From Guillardia theta CCMP2712 (lineage: Eukaryota; Protista; Cryptophyta): 64,000 nt of DNA. Within the stretch, counting starts at the first letter, position 1. Each line of letters opens with the position of its first letter. Below, one piece after another: positions 26,049-39,400 of this stretch. A program made the translations under genes and the position numbers. The notes beneath the pieces are model-generated. The model saw only the letters and a list, made by a program, of their open reading frames with translations. It ran no database searches and was not told the DNA's origin. The stretch spans positions 505,985 through 569,984 of the forward strand of contig NW_005434637.1 of the NCBI RefSeq assembly GCF_000315625.1, read 5' to 3'.

Positions 26049-29000
26049 TCAGTCTCTCAAAGTGCTAGGGCAAGAAGTAGCAAACCTGAAGGACGGGAGA
26101 AGAAGGAGTTTTGCGCCAGCTGAGAAGCATGTCAGTGGCAAGCAGCCTGGAGAGCAGAAGGGAGGAGGGAAATCCCGATCACCTGCTGCCGTACATGGAA
26201 CTTGTTCTCGAGGTGGACCTGGTTGGAGACGAGGCGGTTCTGTATGCTCATCTCCTTCTGGAAGATCGTCTCCCTGCCATGGCCGTCACTCCTGTAGCCC
26301 CTTCCTCGCAGCAGCGGACCTCTCCATCCTCAGCGGCCTCTCCTGCGGCTGCCGCACCACCAGCTTCTGCCTGGGAAGCTTGTAGAGGACCTCGAGTGGT
26401 GGATCGGAGCTGGGAAGGGGACGGGCCCGCCGCTGCCGCTCGATGAAGGCTCTGGAGCCCGCCTGCATCCTTCTCTGCACGTTGCTGCCGTCGGAAGGGA
26501 ATGGCAGAGGCTCCTGCTAGGCGTCAGCTCGGCAAAGACCTTCCAGGAGGCAGCACCTGCTCCGGCGAGACGCTTGAATATGACGAAGGAATGTGAGGAA
26601 GGCGGACCCCTTCCTTTGCCACTGGTGGGCGGGGTCTCCGCTGCTCTACGCGCTTGTTCGGGGAGATGCTGGGGAGGATGAGGTCGGAGGAGACGTCCCC
26701 CTCCGGCGCGCGGCTCCTCCTCTTCTGGTGCTCGATGGCTGCAAGAGGAGGTCAGGGCGANNNNNNNNNNNNNNNNNNNNNNNNNNNNNNNNNNNNNNNN
26801 NNNNNNNNNNNNNNNNNNNNNNNNNNNNNNNNNNNNNNNNNNNNNNNNNNNNNNNNNNNNATGAGAATCTGCTGCTTAACTGCATGAGCTTCTCCACTCT
26901 CTCATTGGCTTGCTGGATTGTGTCGACATCGACGTTCTGAGGAGAATGTGATGAGCGATGGAGAGGAAGCGGGAGAAGGGAGCAGGGGGGAATGAGCATG
27001 GGGGGGTGAAGGGGGGAGGGAGTGGGAAGGAGGAGGGAGGAGGAGAATCACCTGAGTTATGTCGAGTGAGTCCAAAAGGAGGCGTTGGTTGCTGTCTATC
27101 CGCTCCTCCACCTTCAATCCCATGGGCGTCACTGGAGCAGGCGACAAAGACTCTGCTCACCGACGCAAGCTTCTCCTTCAAGCCTCGCAGCAGAGCATCA
27201 TCGCCCGCCTCCACTCGAGATGGTGAGTGGTCGGCTCTAAACATTTTCTTGCTTCCGCTTGAGAAGGATTCTGGGTGAATGTGAGGAAGACAGGAGGAGG
27301 AGGAGGAGGAGGTGGTGGTGGTGGTGGAGGAGGAGGAGGAGGAGGTTCATGCTTCACCGTTGCTCTCCCCTCCCGAACGAGGCGAATCAAGTTCCAGTCG
27401 CTGAGGCTTTGCGCCATCAGCAGGAGGAGAATAGCGGAAGAGGTGGGGTCTCGGGCTACCTGAGGGACAGAGACCGGTCATGCTAGCCCTCCTCCCCTTG
27501 GTCCTCTACCTAAGGGCACAGGACCCTTCAGCTGTGAGAGGGGTATGTCTTCCTCCTCGTCGCCAGGGTTTGCTTCTGAAGAGAACCCGTCCTCGCTCGG
27601 CTGGCTACCTGATACTTCCTCCCTCGCTGGGATCTCCTCATACACGTCCGCAGAGGCGAATCGAGCGTGCCTTCCCTCCTCTAGGTGCAAACTTGGTTCC
27701 TTCAGTCTCCTTGGGGGAGTAGTGGGAGAGAGTTTCACTGCTCTGCGCTGTGGAGCAGGGTGAGCGTCCTGCTTGGCAAAGCCGACACCCCGAGCTCCCC
27801 TTTCTTGTCCCTCATCGTCCCCAGCAAACTTTGCAACTTTCTTCTTCCGAGGGTGAGCTACCCCGACTCCTGGAGAGAAAATCAGCAAAACTGCTTCCCA
27901 CGTGTTCCTCACCCGAACCTCCTTCAGGAGAGGAAGAGAGCTGAGCGCTTGGAACTTGAGCTCTCCTCCCGTCATGCTCCTCGGCTGGAGACTTCTCTTC
28001 TTCCGACCCTCTTCTCATCCCTGACACTTCTCGCCCATAAGACTTAGAATCTTTTGCTCGACGACGAGCATGCATCCCCCTTGCTCGAGCCTGGATCTTC
28101 GTCGCTGCCTTGTGCTCGTGACACTCCCCGTCCTCTCCTCCCTCTACCTCCTCTCCTCCTTCCTCCACGTCTGCTCCTCCGTCTCCCTCCTGCTCGTCTG
28201 CCACCGGCTCGGCGTCTCCTGCCGGGTCTTGGCCTGCTCCTTGCTCCCCCGCAGCAGACTGCCGCCTCCTGCTGACTTCCCGCCGAGCATGCATCCCCCT
28301 TGCTCGAGCCTGGATCTTCGTCGCTGCCTTGTGCTCGTGACCCTCCCCGTCCTCTCCTCCCTCTGTTCCCTCTCCTCCTTCCTCCACGCCTGCTCCTCCG
28401 TCTACATCTCCCTCCTGCTCGTCTGCCACCGGCTCGGCATCTCCTGCCGGGTCTTGGCCTGCTCCTTGCTCCCCCGCAGCAGACTGCCGCCTCCTGCTGA
28501 CTTCCCGCCGAGCATGCATCCCCCTCGCTCGAGCCTGGATCTTCGTCGCTGCCTTGTGCTCGTGACCCTCCCCGTCCTCTCCTCCCTCTGTTCCCTCTCC
28601 TCCTTCCTCCACGCCTGCTCCTCCGTCTCCCTCCTGCTCGTCTGCCACCGGCTCGGCGTCTCCTGCCGGGTCTTGGCCTGCTCCTTGCTCCCCCGCAGCA
28701 GACTGCCGCCTCCTGCTGACTTCCCGCCGAGCATGCATCCCCCTTGCTCGAGCCTGGATCTTCGTCGCTGCCTTGTGCTCGTGACCCTCCCCGTCCTCTC
28801 CTCCCTCTGTTCCCTCTCCTCCTTCCTCCACGCCTGCTCCTCCGTCTACATCTCCCTCCTGCTCGTCTGCCACCGGCTCGGCGTCTCCTGCCGGGTCTTG
28901 GCCTGCTCCTTGCTCCCCCGCAGCAGACTGCCGCCTCCTGCTGACTTCCCGCCGAGCATGCATCCCCCTTGCTCGAGCCTGGATCTTCGTCGCAGCTTGT

Positions 29001-29424
29001 TGTTGGTTTTGAAGTTCTAGCTCGCTATCAGCTAGATCCGGCTTTGCGGTATCTTGCTCATCATTCTCACTTCTGATTTCTTTTGTATCTGGATCGGTTT
29101 GATCTATCTCGCTGTTTGTCACGGGAGGTGCCTCACCCTCTTCCACCTCTTGCGGAAGATGTCCGGGTTGCTCTATTTCCACTGTGGACGCTTCTTTCTT
29201 TTCTTGCTCATCTCGACTCTCTTCTTCGGCTGGAGCCGCTTCTTGCATGGAGATTGGAGCATCGGCCCCTCCTGGGCCATTGCTACTTTGGTCTGCCATA
29301 TTTGCCCTGCTCGGTTCTTCACCGCTCAAGTTGCTCACGGTTTCACTTCTGATAGCTTCCGCAGATGGTCTTCATATCAAGGAGACTTCAAGGCCACAAG
29401 AGCGTTCAAGACTCGCCTAGACAT
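26049..29424 (-). CDS. IQ calmodulin-binding motif repeat protein (5 IQ motifs), acidic, multi-exon, spanning the assembly gap
   Basis: Five copies of AATKIQARARGMHARR in ORF 27812-29338 separated by acidic Gly/Glu linkers. Downstream coiled-coil exons (DTIQQANERVEKLMQL). Both ends are approximate. Confidence 0.75.
26761..26860. other. Assembly gap (100 N)
   Basis: Run of N characters. Confidence 1.
28066..28993. repeat. Coding tandem repeat, four units alternating 219/225 bp, each encoding an IQ motif
   Basis: The anchor GAGCATGCATCCCC recurs at 28066, 28285, 28510, 28729 and 28954. Confidence 0.95.
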
Positions 29425-29819
29425 GTCCGGTATATTGTAATCGTTCTCCCCCTCGTCTCATCCTACATGAGCTTCACACCGCTGCTTCGCAGTCCTGGTT
29501 GCCATGCCATCAACGGCCAATGAAGTTTGGGGAGCGGAGGCGACCTCATTTTCGTAGGGTGGGTATACTACCCTACGGTCAAATTATGGAGATGTATGGT
29601 ATTTAAAGTAGGGGTAGCAGTGCAGCCAGGCCTGTCCCGGAGGGTGGCCATCGGGGGTAGACAGTGGACGGTTTTTGGTAGAAGTACCCATTTCACCACC
29701 GGTAATAAATGAGTCTACAGAGGGGTGAAGGTGTTCAACCGTTGGTCCGTTACGAGAGAATTTCCTGTAACTGCCTTGTGTTTGCAACCGTCAATGAGTT
29801 CTGTAACGTTTCAGAACGG

Positions 29820-30993
29820 ATGGGATCTACGAGCTGCTTTGGGAGGCTGCCTGCTCCCGCCAGGACGACGAAGCTCTTGTCCCCCAGCCCTCCGCAAGCT
29901 CGAAGCCTCTTGCTGCTCGTCACCACTCTGCTCCTCTCAACTCTTGCCCGTCATCCAGTGCAGGCGCTCAAAATACCGCTTCACAATCTAAGGCTCTTTG
30001 CCAGCAGACCTCTCTTTGGACAACGGTGCAGGACTCGCTTTGCGATCTCAAGGACTCTTTCAAGCCAGATGAGTGGTGAACAGAATTCATTCCAAGCACC
30101 CAAACCAAGTGAGGTCATTGAGCTCCTTAAAGTTTGCGGAAAGCTCAAGGTGAATTGGAGAAGGCGAGACCGCTCGGGCATTCATGGTTATTTTCGCAGA
30201 GAACTGCAAGGACAGGATGGGTCCGAAAAGGTGTTCAGAATTATGAGAGTGTAGCTGAGCACTCGTGGCGCATCACCTTGCTGCCGATGTTTCTTTCCAA
30301 TAGGAATGATGTCGACCATGTACTCTTCTTTGATGTTTCGTTCCCTTCTGACCTGTACACTCAGGTGCGATGCATGAAAATCGGGCTGGTTCATGATCTT
30401 GCAGAAGCACTGGTCGGCGATATCACTCCACATTGTGGTGTTTCAGATCAGGAAAAGTTCAAGTTAGAATCTGAAGCCATGTCCAAGATCAAATCTCTTG
30501 TACTTGAGGCTTCGGGATTCATGTTTTGACATCTTGACCAAGGCTTTTAGGTTCCTGGTAGTCGGATCGGAGAGGAAATCGTAGAATTGTGGAATGAGTA
30601 TGAAGCTGGCGAAACCAAGGAAGCTAAGGTGATGCACATTTTGATTCTCCCTCACATGCTGTAATGTGGACGAAAAACATGGCAGGTGGTGAAGGATTTC
30701 GACAAGTTTGAAATGATCTTGCAAGCTGAAGTGAGTTCTAGATGGCACTCATTGTGTTCTCACTGAGTAATCTTCTCATGGATTTGGCAGGAGTATGAGG
30801 CAGAGCAAGGCGTGGACTTGTCTGAGTTCTTTGAGAGCACAAAAGGAAAGATCAGGTTTAATACATCACTTACTGCCTTGTTTGTTGTAAGACCAGTTGG
30901 AATGACTTGCTTTGAAGGCATGGTGAAATCAAGACCTGGGAAGAAGAACTGAGGAAATCCAGAGACATTCGACGGGGCGAGACTGAGAAGTGA
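29820..30993 (+). CDS. HDDC2: HD-domain 5'-deoxynucleotidase (HDDC2/YGK1 family) with N-terminal bipartite-like presequence, multi-exon
   Basis: LK/[70 protein letters not shown]/EYE. The leader LLLLVTTLLLSTLA is followed by an Arg/Ser-rich stretch. Confidence 0.92.
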
Positions 30994-32657
30994 ACGCCGG
31001 TCCCTCCGGTCTTGCTTCAGGGCCTTCAGCAATATGGGGCTTGCTTAGTTGTACCTCTCAATGAAATGAATTTCGTTATATTTTTCATTTTCAAAGACAT
31101 GCACCACCATAATGCAGTTGAACATTTTATTGATTTGCTAGTGAAACAGAGGCTAATGTTACAAGTTGTACAGAAGGGGAATGCCATTAGGCATCTTCGG
31201 TGTCACTTTCAGAGCTTGTGGTACCGCTTGCCCTTGGTCGAAGTGTCGGTGAGATTGAAGCTTTGCTTCGAGCTTTCATCAAATTTTGTAGGCAGGACAT
31301 GCCATCACTCTTCACCGAGGGCTGCTTCTTGTCTTTGGCTTCAAAACTTGTTGACGAGATCACTCGGTGTTGTTCGAGTTCGACGATCTCAATTGTGCGG
31401 GTTGGTCGGATCGCAGGCTGGGTGAGTTGAATGGAGTTCTTGTTGTGCGACATTTGTTGCCTGGAGTGTGTGGCGGGGAATAGATACAAGGCTTGTGGGA
31501 TTCAGAGCACAAGAGGGAGGAGGAAGAGTTGGGAAGGCGGGAGGAGGACGCTTGAGCAAGAGAGGAGAGGAAGACTGTTGGGAAATTTTTGGCCAGGAAA
31601 ATGTTTCTTGTAGTGTTTGATGCTGTAATTTACTACAGCCTGACTCTTTACCATAGGGGATCGGTTGGGATGTCAGTCCTTGCTGACGATTCTTGTATAC
31701 GGAAGTAACAACGATTGAGAATTTAGTAGTAAACTAGGGATGAAGAGGTTGGTACCCTTTCTGATCCCCTCCCTGCCCCTCAAGGTCTTCAATTGATCAA
31801 TTGACTCACTATGATCTAGTTGACCTGGGGAAAGCAGACCGAACCAAATGTACTTTGACGAGCAGACGCAGAGTACTGAATACCAAACGATTCAATTTCG
31901 AAATGTTTCATACTTTAGTCAGCAGTACAAAAGAGTCGGAACGCACTTTGTAGTCAGCAGATGATGACGGACCGGGAGCTGAAAAGATGTTAGATTTGGG
32001 CTTTGTAGCTAAAAGCAGTTTTAGCAGGACTTAGGCCATGACCCTGATGACAGAGTATGCCGTTGCCTTCTTGTCGGTCATGGCTGCAGGGTCAGCCCGT
32101 AGACCGGAAGTTTGAGTTACCCGGGCCCGGGGTCCCGGTAGATACCCCCGGACGGGTCCGCCTCATTTCTTCGACTCCATGGACTCGGTTGGCACAGGCT
32201 GGGGGTACATGAGAAGGGGTAGTTTTCAAGGTAAATGCAGGGGTGAATCATGTCGAAGAGAGGGTGGTTCGAGCTTGCACCGCTTCAATTGCATCATCAG
32301 TCGCACGACGAAGATGTCGGAGGAAAAGGAAGGTGCCGCGATGAGAGGTGAAGAAGAGAGGAGAGAGATGAAGCAGGAGGGGTAGAGTGTGAGGAGAGAA
32401 GAGACCGACGAGTGTTTGACAAGTTGTGGAGTTGGGGTTTCATCTGGATCCAAGTGGGGGGGATTTACAAACATTGGAATGGAACAAGGTCGTTCAGAGG
32501 ATCGCAACATACTTTCGTATGACTAATTTGGTGTGAATCTTCTTGGATTTCGATATATCAGGTGTAGCGAACTATATACTTCACCATGGAGGAATTCCCC
32601 TTTCGAGCAATCTGAAGCCACCAGCAACAGTGCCGCACCCAAACAGATTCCGACTAG

Positions 32658-33359
32658 ATGAGAAGAATGTTGAAACTTTACGAGCCAAGGCTGAAAAAAC
32701 GTGTTGCAACTAAGATGATCAGAGCTGCTGCTAGCTGTTTCCTGTGCATCATCATTCTCACGATCCTCTTCTTCGAGGGTTGTTGCGCTTTTGCATCGGT
32801 CAAGGGCAACGAGAGTAGGGAGCCGTACAAAATCCTTGCCGTGTGCACAGGAAACACTTGCAGAAGTCCAATGATGATGGTGCTTCTGAGAAGAGAGATC
32901 AAGAAGATGAACTTGTCCTCTGTGCACGTCGAGAGTGCAGGGATAGGAGAGAAGGCTGGGTGGAAACGCCATGCCAGCCCCAACGCCCTCGCGCTTTTCC
33001 CATCGGAACTTTCAGAGCACAGGAGCGCTCATGTGTCTTCAAAGCTGGTGACGAGTTTTCAGCGGGTCTTGTGCATGGAGAACAAGCACGCGTCCTACGT
33101 CAGAGAGCAATGTCTGCGGGAGACCAACAATGGCACGAGAGACGACATCCAACACCTGTCTCTGGACTCACAGGGCAAGCAGGACGTCAAGTCAGACCCG
33201 TGCATGCGAAGAGTACGTGTGTTTCCGGGAGAGCTGGAGGATCCTTTCGGAAAGAGCCTCGAGGAATATCAGAATTGTTCTCACAAGCTCCAGCAGTGGG
33301 CAAGAGAGATCATGCGGGAGGTCTCACAGGAGATGGAGGTTGAGCAAAACACAGGATAG
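32658..33359 (+). CDS. Low-molecular-weight phosphatase fold protein (LMW-PTP/YwlE/ArsC family) with N-terminal hydrophobic signal/anchor, single exon
   Basis: P-loop [34 protein letters not shown], and general-acid loop [15 protein letters not shown]. Confidence 0.9.
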   Translation: MRRMLKLYEPRLKKRVATKMIRAAASCFLCIIILTILFFEGCCAFASVKGNESREPYKILAVCTGNTCRSPMMMVLLRREIKKMNLSSVHVESAGIGEKAGWKRHASPNALALFPSELSEHRSAHVSSKLVTSFQRVLCMENKHASYVREQCLRETNNGTRDDIQHLSLDSQGKQDVKSDPCMRRVRVFPGELEDPFGKSLEEYQNCSHKLQQWAREIMREVSQEMEVEQNTG

Positions 33360-33446
33360 TGAATCATTAAAAGTTTATTGACATGAAACCATGACGACAT
33401 GACTAGTCTTTCTCTCCAATCCACTTGACTAGTTGTCTCGTGTTCC

Positions 33447-36400
33447 TTAGGCAAGCGAGTTGTCACGGTCGTGCCCTTCCGCACCCAGGTCTTCGAAGGA
33501 AGCGAACTGCAGGAAGTGAACAGGGCGATGGCTCTGCGGCAAATAGTAAGCAATCGGCTCAAAGACATCGAAATCATTCTGGTTAAACTCACCTCATGGT
33601 AGAACTCCTTGGGGTTGTCGAGCTTGAGGCCATACTTCATGCTCTGCTGATGCTTTACGCCCATGAAGTTATAGTTCCAAGATCCTGTGTCCGGCACCAT
33701 GTAGAAGCCGAGGAAGCGATCGGAAAGGAGCATCTGGACCTTCTCGTAGTGTGTCGGAGCATATCCTTGAGGGTTGGAGCTCTGATCCTTGTTCTTCCTT
33801 CCCCACTCAAAGCCAGTCGTAGTCAACTTGTAGGCAGTGAGAGAGCAAGAGCCTGGGGTGAAGGAGCACGTGATGAGAATGGCCTTCTCGATATCCCACA
33901 CTTTGTTGTTCTCAAGGATGCACGCATGTTGTGTGACATCTTGCGGTGCGAGCTGAGGAAGCTCGTTGGGTTGAGTATGCAGCCAGCCAAGGGGCTCCAG
34001 GTCCTTGAGGTACTCGTGCTCAGGAAGCTGGTGGGGGAGAGTAACTCCCTGGTGGTTCCCTAGCTGTGGAGGCATCACGATACAACGGATCTCCTTCACT
34101 GAAGGATTGTCCGGCGGGCTGATGCCGTAGAGATAACCAGCAATCTGAGTCCTGAGGTCTGCAATGCAGATGAATTTCTTCAACACGTTCTTGGGCAGCA
34201 CGTAGGTGAAGCCAGTGTCGCGCGCATCCTCCGACGAGACGTAGATGTGGTTGCATCTCAAGTGCAAGTTGGTGGCAGAAATCGCCCTCACGCGCCAATC
34301 AGTCTTCGATCCAAAGACCTGCTGCTCGTACGATGAGGTCGTAGTGATGATCACTTCGTCACCATGCACATTCGTGGTGCGAGTGGTCACCGCAGTCAAC
34401 TGGCTGGCCTCCTTCGCCTGAGCTTCGATCTCTGCAATCTGCTGCCTCTGCATAGAAGGAGGAGCAATTTCAGCTCCAAGAATGATATCACGAATTTCAC
34501 TCTGAGTCAAAGATGCAACGTTGACGTTGTTCTTCTTGCCGTAGTCGGCAAGGATCAGATCCTTCAAGGCGACTTCGACGCTGCACCAATTCTCATCCGA
34601 AAGTGTAGGCCAAACATGATGCGGCTCAGTAACAGTTGTCTTGTCTGGTTTCAGAATGACTTTGGCCCGTTCGTTATTTACATGCAATGCTCTCAGAATC
34701 AAAATCAATCGTGAAAACGCCGTGTAGCTGGAAATTGTACGGAGCCAGTCATCGTACAAGTTGAACAACAACATCTGAGGCTCTGTTGCCTTGAGAATGA
34801 TGTCTCCAAATTTCTCAATCTTCAAACTGGCTTGGAAGGGCAACTGCAAGTCACTTCCCTTGATGACAATGTTGGGGAAGTCCAACAAGTGAACCTCCAA
34901 CGGATCAAGCATACCCTTGCGAGTAACGATGATTTGCTTAGGCTGCTCTTCGATGGGCAATGAACGAATCAAAGCCGCAACCTCCTCCGCAGTCTTCCAC
35001 TTCGCAAGCTGTCCAAGACGCTTTTGTCCAGCCCAGACACTCGTGTGGATGATCTTGAGGAACAGCTGACCGGACCTTGGATTGAAGATGAAAATGGCAC
35101 CATTGATAGGCTTGGTTGTCAAGTTACCCTCGAAAGTTTTGTGGATGGTGACTCGATAAACGTTGGTATCGTCAACAAACCAAATGATTTGATTGGAGAA
35201 CAGCTCACCATAATTCTGTGAGGACAAATATGGCTCCGTCGGCTCTGACGAATACAGCTGTAGACCTTTGCGAATCCTCTCTCTCAACACATACAATGCA
35301 GGATTAGCCTTGAAAATCTTTTGCATTGCCTGATGGAGTAGCGGCTTCACTCCAGGAAACCAGTTGCCAAAGGCAGAGAACAAATTGTAAGCCAAGTCGA
35401 TGGAGATCAGACTGCCGGTAGGAGAAGGATAAATGGACATGTTGTCCGTGGTGTAGTCTAGAAACTTGGCTCTGGCGTATCTCTCGATATCATGGGAGTC
35501 AAAGTCACCCCAGCGCAACTGAACGTCAATCCAGTACTTGTTTGTGGTGCCTTGGTCAAACTGATCGTTAGAATCAGTGAGCAACGAAGGCTTTGAGATG
35601 TGCCACTTGTAGGCAGCAAACAGCAAAATGTCAGCACAACTGCTGTTCATCTTGTAGCTCTTGCGGGGGTGGATTGTCTCTTTCTGCACGGTTTCAATCT
35701 CCAAAGCATCCAACTCCTGGTCCAAAACTTGACACAAGTCCATGACAACGCTCTCATGTATCTTCTGCCAAAGATGTGCACGAAAAATCTGAATGAGAGA
35801 GATCTTGAGAGTGGGGATCTTTCCATGCATGAAGATTCCAGTCAAATCCAATTGCACTTGGAAGCCGACGTATACATTCGCACGGTTGATTGTTGGGGAC
35901 CACCAAAGAGTGAAGCGCCTGTTTGGAATCTGATTCAAACCAGAGCGCTGGGCATTAGTGAGTTTCTTATATTTCATAGATTCCTCAAAGCCGCTTGCTT
36001 TCTCCCAGAACAGACCTTCCCATGTGGGGAAATATGTTCCCTTGAACAAAGTATGCTCCAGAATGCCCTCAACTCCTCCAAGCGCTTGGATGACATCGGT
36101 TCTGTAATTGTTCAGATTCCACAACTTGCCATCGTGTCTCTGGTGAGTCCACCAGAAGGGATTCGCTTTCAACAGCTGATATTGCTTCCAATCAGTTCTG
36201 ATTCTCCAACCCTTGTCGTAAGCCAAGGTGTGACGATCTTTTTGAAACAAAGTGTTGATTCTGGGAATGCCTCTGTCCCAAGAATCCTCAAGATCTTCCA
36301 AAGTAAGACGTCGGTTCTGTGCGTTTGCCTCTTGCCTCTTCAGTGCATATTCAGCCCATACTCTCTGTGAATCAAGAAACTCACTTTCCCAAGGCTGGAC

Positions 36401-39400
36401 ATACCTGTAGAGATTGGGGATCATTTGATCTTCATCGTGAGTGAGACCAGACCGAAAATGAGTGATGCCACCATCAGTCTGCTTGGAGAACCTCAGGTCG
36501 CTCTGTGGTATGAGGACATGTCCCATGGAAAGCATACCAAGGCCACCCAACTCTTTGGGTGTGTAGAACACCACTGGCGGGAACCTTGAAGGCATCTTGC
36601 TGTTCAAGCCGATCTTGATACGAGTCTGAATCTTGTTCTCGCACTTCACCAACAAGTCCAGCAACTCTGTTGTATGGATGACAGCTTCGCGAAAGTATGT
36701 CATCAAACCAATGACAGCGGTATTCCACTTATTTGCAATTTTCGTGAAAGTGGTGGAGCCAGACGACATCAAAATTTGCCTGATGCGATTTTCGAATTTC
36801 TTCTGCGATTCTTCATCCACTCGCAAGTATGCTTGTGCGGTCCTCTCTTTCGTCGTTTCATTTTGAAGATTCCACACGCCATCTCTGTGGCTGAAGTCTT
36901 CTTGCAGCATTCTGCACTTGGGAAGGATTCTCACTTCGAAACCACACATGTTGAACAACAAGTTAGGATTGTCCTTGCTATAAACTGAGACGAAGCTGTT
37001 TTCCCATTCCACTGTAGTAACCGAACGAGGAAGCTGATTCTTGATGTGCCAGAACACAGCCCTACCAAGATTCACATCATGTTTCATCAACCTCATTCTC
37101 GCATCGCGCGGCCAGCATTTCTTGTTGTTGTAACCAATCACGTTCTCATTGTTAGGATCGGGATGTTCACTCAAGAAGCGCTGAATCAGATCCTTTTGCT
37201 CCTCGTGTGTGAAACGGAAGACAATGTATACCCTTTCAATGTAGCGACAGTACAGGCGGATAGGATGTTTTACCTGTACCACCAATCAGTTCACACACAA
37301 GCAAAAGCAAGATCATCACCTCCGTTGCAATAGAATCGTAGCATAAGAAATCGTTCGGTTTCATCGGAGTTCCAGCAATTTCACTTGCCCTCGTGAGTCC
37401 CAGCACCAGAAGATCCAGCACCAAGCCATAATACTGGAAGATGAAAGAGGCAAACTGAAGTCCACGGATGAGACCATAAGAATTAAGATGGTTCATATCC
37501 TTGTAGTTCAACAAAACGTTGTTCTTAGCTGTCATGTACTCTGCAATGTTGTGATCGACAATAAGGCGCAGCAAACGATTGAGCAACGTAAGATCAATCT
37601 TCTCATACACTTTTTCGAATTGAGTCTCAATCATGACATTTGCCTCTCCATTGCTGTAGTCCCAAACATCCTCAAGATTGTTGACTCCCTGGCACCACTT
37701 GTACACAAGAAGCGGAGGAGGTTCAGTGTCTGCAGGCTTCACCCAGTTGGGGAACAGACGACTCTTATCAGCCTGGTACCAAATGTATTGATCGAGGTAT
37801 GCATCAGTGATCTTCTCCAAAGGCTCCACATCGTAGACAGGAATCATGTGAGAATAGAGATCCATGAATTCAATTCCGACTTCCTTGAAGGTCCTTTGCT
37901 GGAGCAAATGACGTTTGATCCTGCTCAAAGCCTCATGTGGATTATCGTAAGCTTGCTCAATCAGTCCGAGCTCTTCACGCTGAGATTGATTCAAGCGGCT
38001 CATCACACTATATGATTCCTTCAAGCGCTCCAGCGCAAGAATGAGAAGCTTCGTGTCATGCTTGTAATTCAACGGAGGGAAAATGATTGGAGTAATCTTA
38101 CGGCTTTCCAACCAATGAACCGTTGTTGTGTAGATTGCAACTGCCTCTTCTGCACTCAGATAAGGACCGTCCTTCAAGTAGTTGTGCTGACGCTCCTGTT
38201 CTGCCTTGAGCCACAAACGAGTGAGACGGCCAAGATTCTTCTTGCAGACAGTTTTGTCAACAGTGGCACCTCGTCGAATACGCTCTCGGTTGTAGTGAGC
38301 AACATTCGTCCACCAATCAGCCTTGGCTTTCACGTACCTCAGAATCATGTTCTCAATCGGAATCGGCATTCCTGGAACTTTCCATGGAATGTTGGCTTTC
38401 CAGCATCGCCATGCCTCGCTCAAATGCTGGAGAATGGTTTTGCTCTTGTTCTGCTTGACACCCTCGGGCATCATGTCAAGAATATCATGCATGACAGCAG
38501 CACGTAGTTCAAGGTCATAGTGGGATTCGACACGCTGCTTCGTGACCGTTTTAGCAATACCCTTGCTGTGTCTGCCCTCGAATTGTCGAGCAAGGAGATT
38601 GCCAAGCCACCTCTCCAACAAGGGTACCACACCTCGGAGAAAGAACAGCCACACACGCCATCCCGGAGCCCAAAATCCACATCCAGGGCCTTTGCCGACC
38701 GGTCCTGTGTTGAATCGATAATAAATGAGGTGCTTCAAATCTTTACACATCCTGATCTGCCTCATCAATCGATACTTGTAGCGATACATGCCAGTGAGCT
38801 GACCAACATGTGCAAAAGTGTACTGCAATCCATCAGCAAGCTGAAAAGCGTCCACATTCCCCAATCGAAACTGGACGTTGCTATCCACAATAATTTTCGT
38901 CAAGCGGAGAATTTCTCTGCAAAGATGGAACGCATTTCCAAAACGGGATTTTTTGCGCTCTTTGGTGGTAAGGGTCTTGATAGGCTTCAAGTTGAAGTTG
39001 TAATCAAGATGTAAGTAGTTCAAATTTTTCCTGTGGATGAGCAGATTGAGCATGTTGTATCCTTGACGGCAAACCTGAAGTCCAGCTTCTACCCAGTCAA
39101 TCTGAGTAGTTTGGAAAAACTTGGTAGACCTAAGAATTTTAAACAAATATCGTTTGTTTAGGGCCTTCGGATGCCTATGATGTAATCTGTTCAAAACGTA
39201 GCACTTGAGCAGCTTCTGATAGCTGACTCGAACCTTCACAGGATGATTTGGTGGACAGTGCTCTTGATACCATTCCTTAACCAAAGGAACGTCAACGCAT
39301 CGGCGCGTCACACCAGACCTCTTATCAAAAGGATGAGGAGCCCAGTACAGCGCGATGCCGTTGGCGGTATTGTCCGTGTACAGCGGAGTGTTGGTCAAGA

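Noticed and set aside
28070-29020. 316-aa Leu/Ser/Cys-rich plus-strand ORF
   Set aside because: It is the antisense shadow of the IQ tandem repeat.
31187-31489. 100-aa minus-strand ORF
   Set aside because: Low complexity with no motif. It could be a small gene but there is insufficient support.
35980-36030. PRP8 intein at the known insertion site
   Set aside because: The sequence reads [14 protein letters not shown] uninterrupted. The breaks between the large PRP8 ORFs are ordinary short GT-AG introns.
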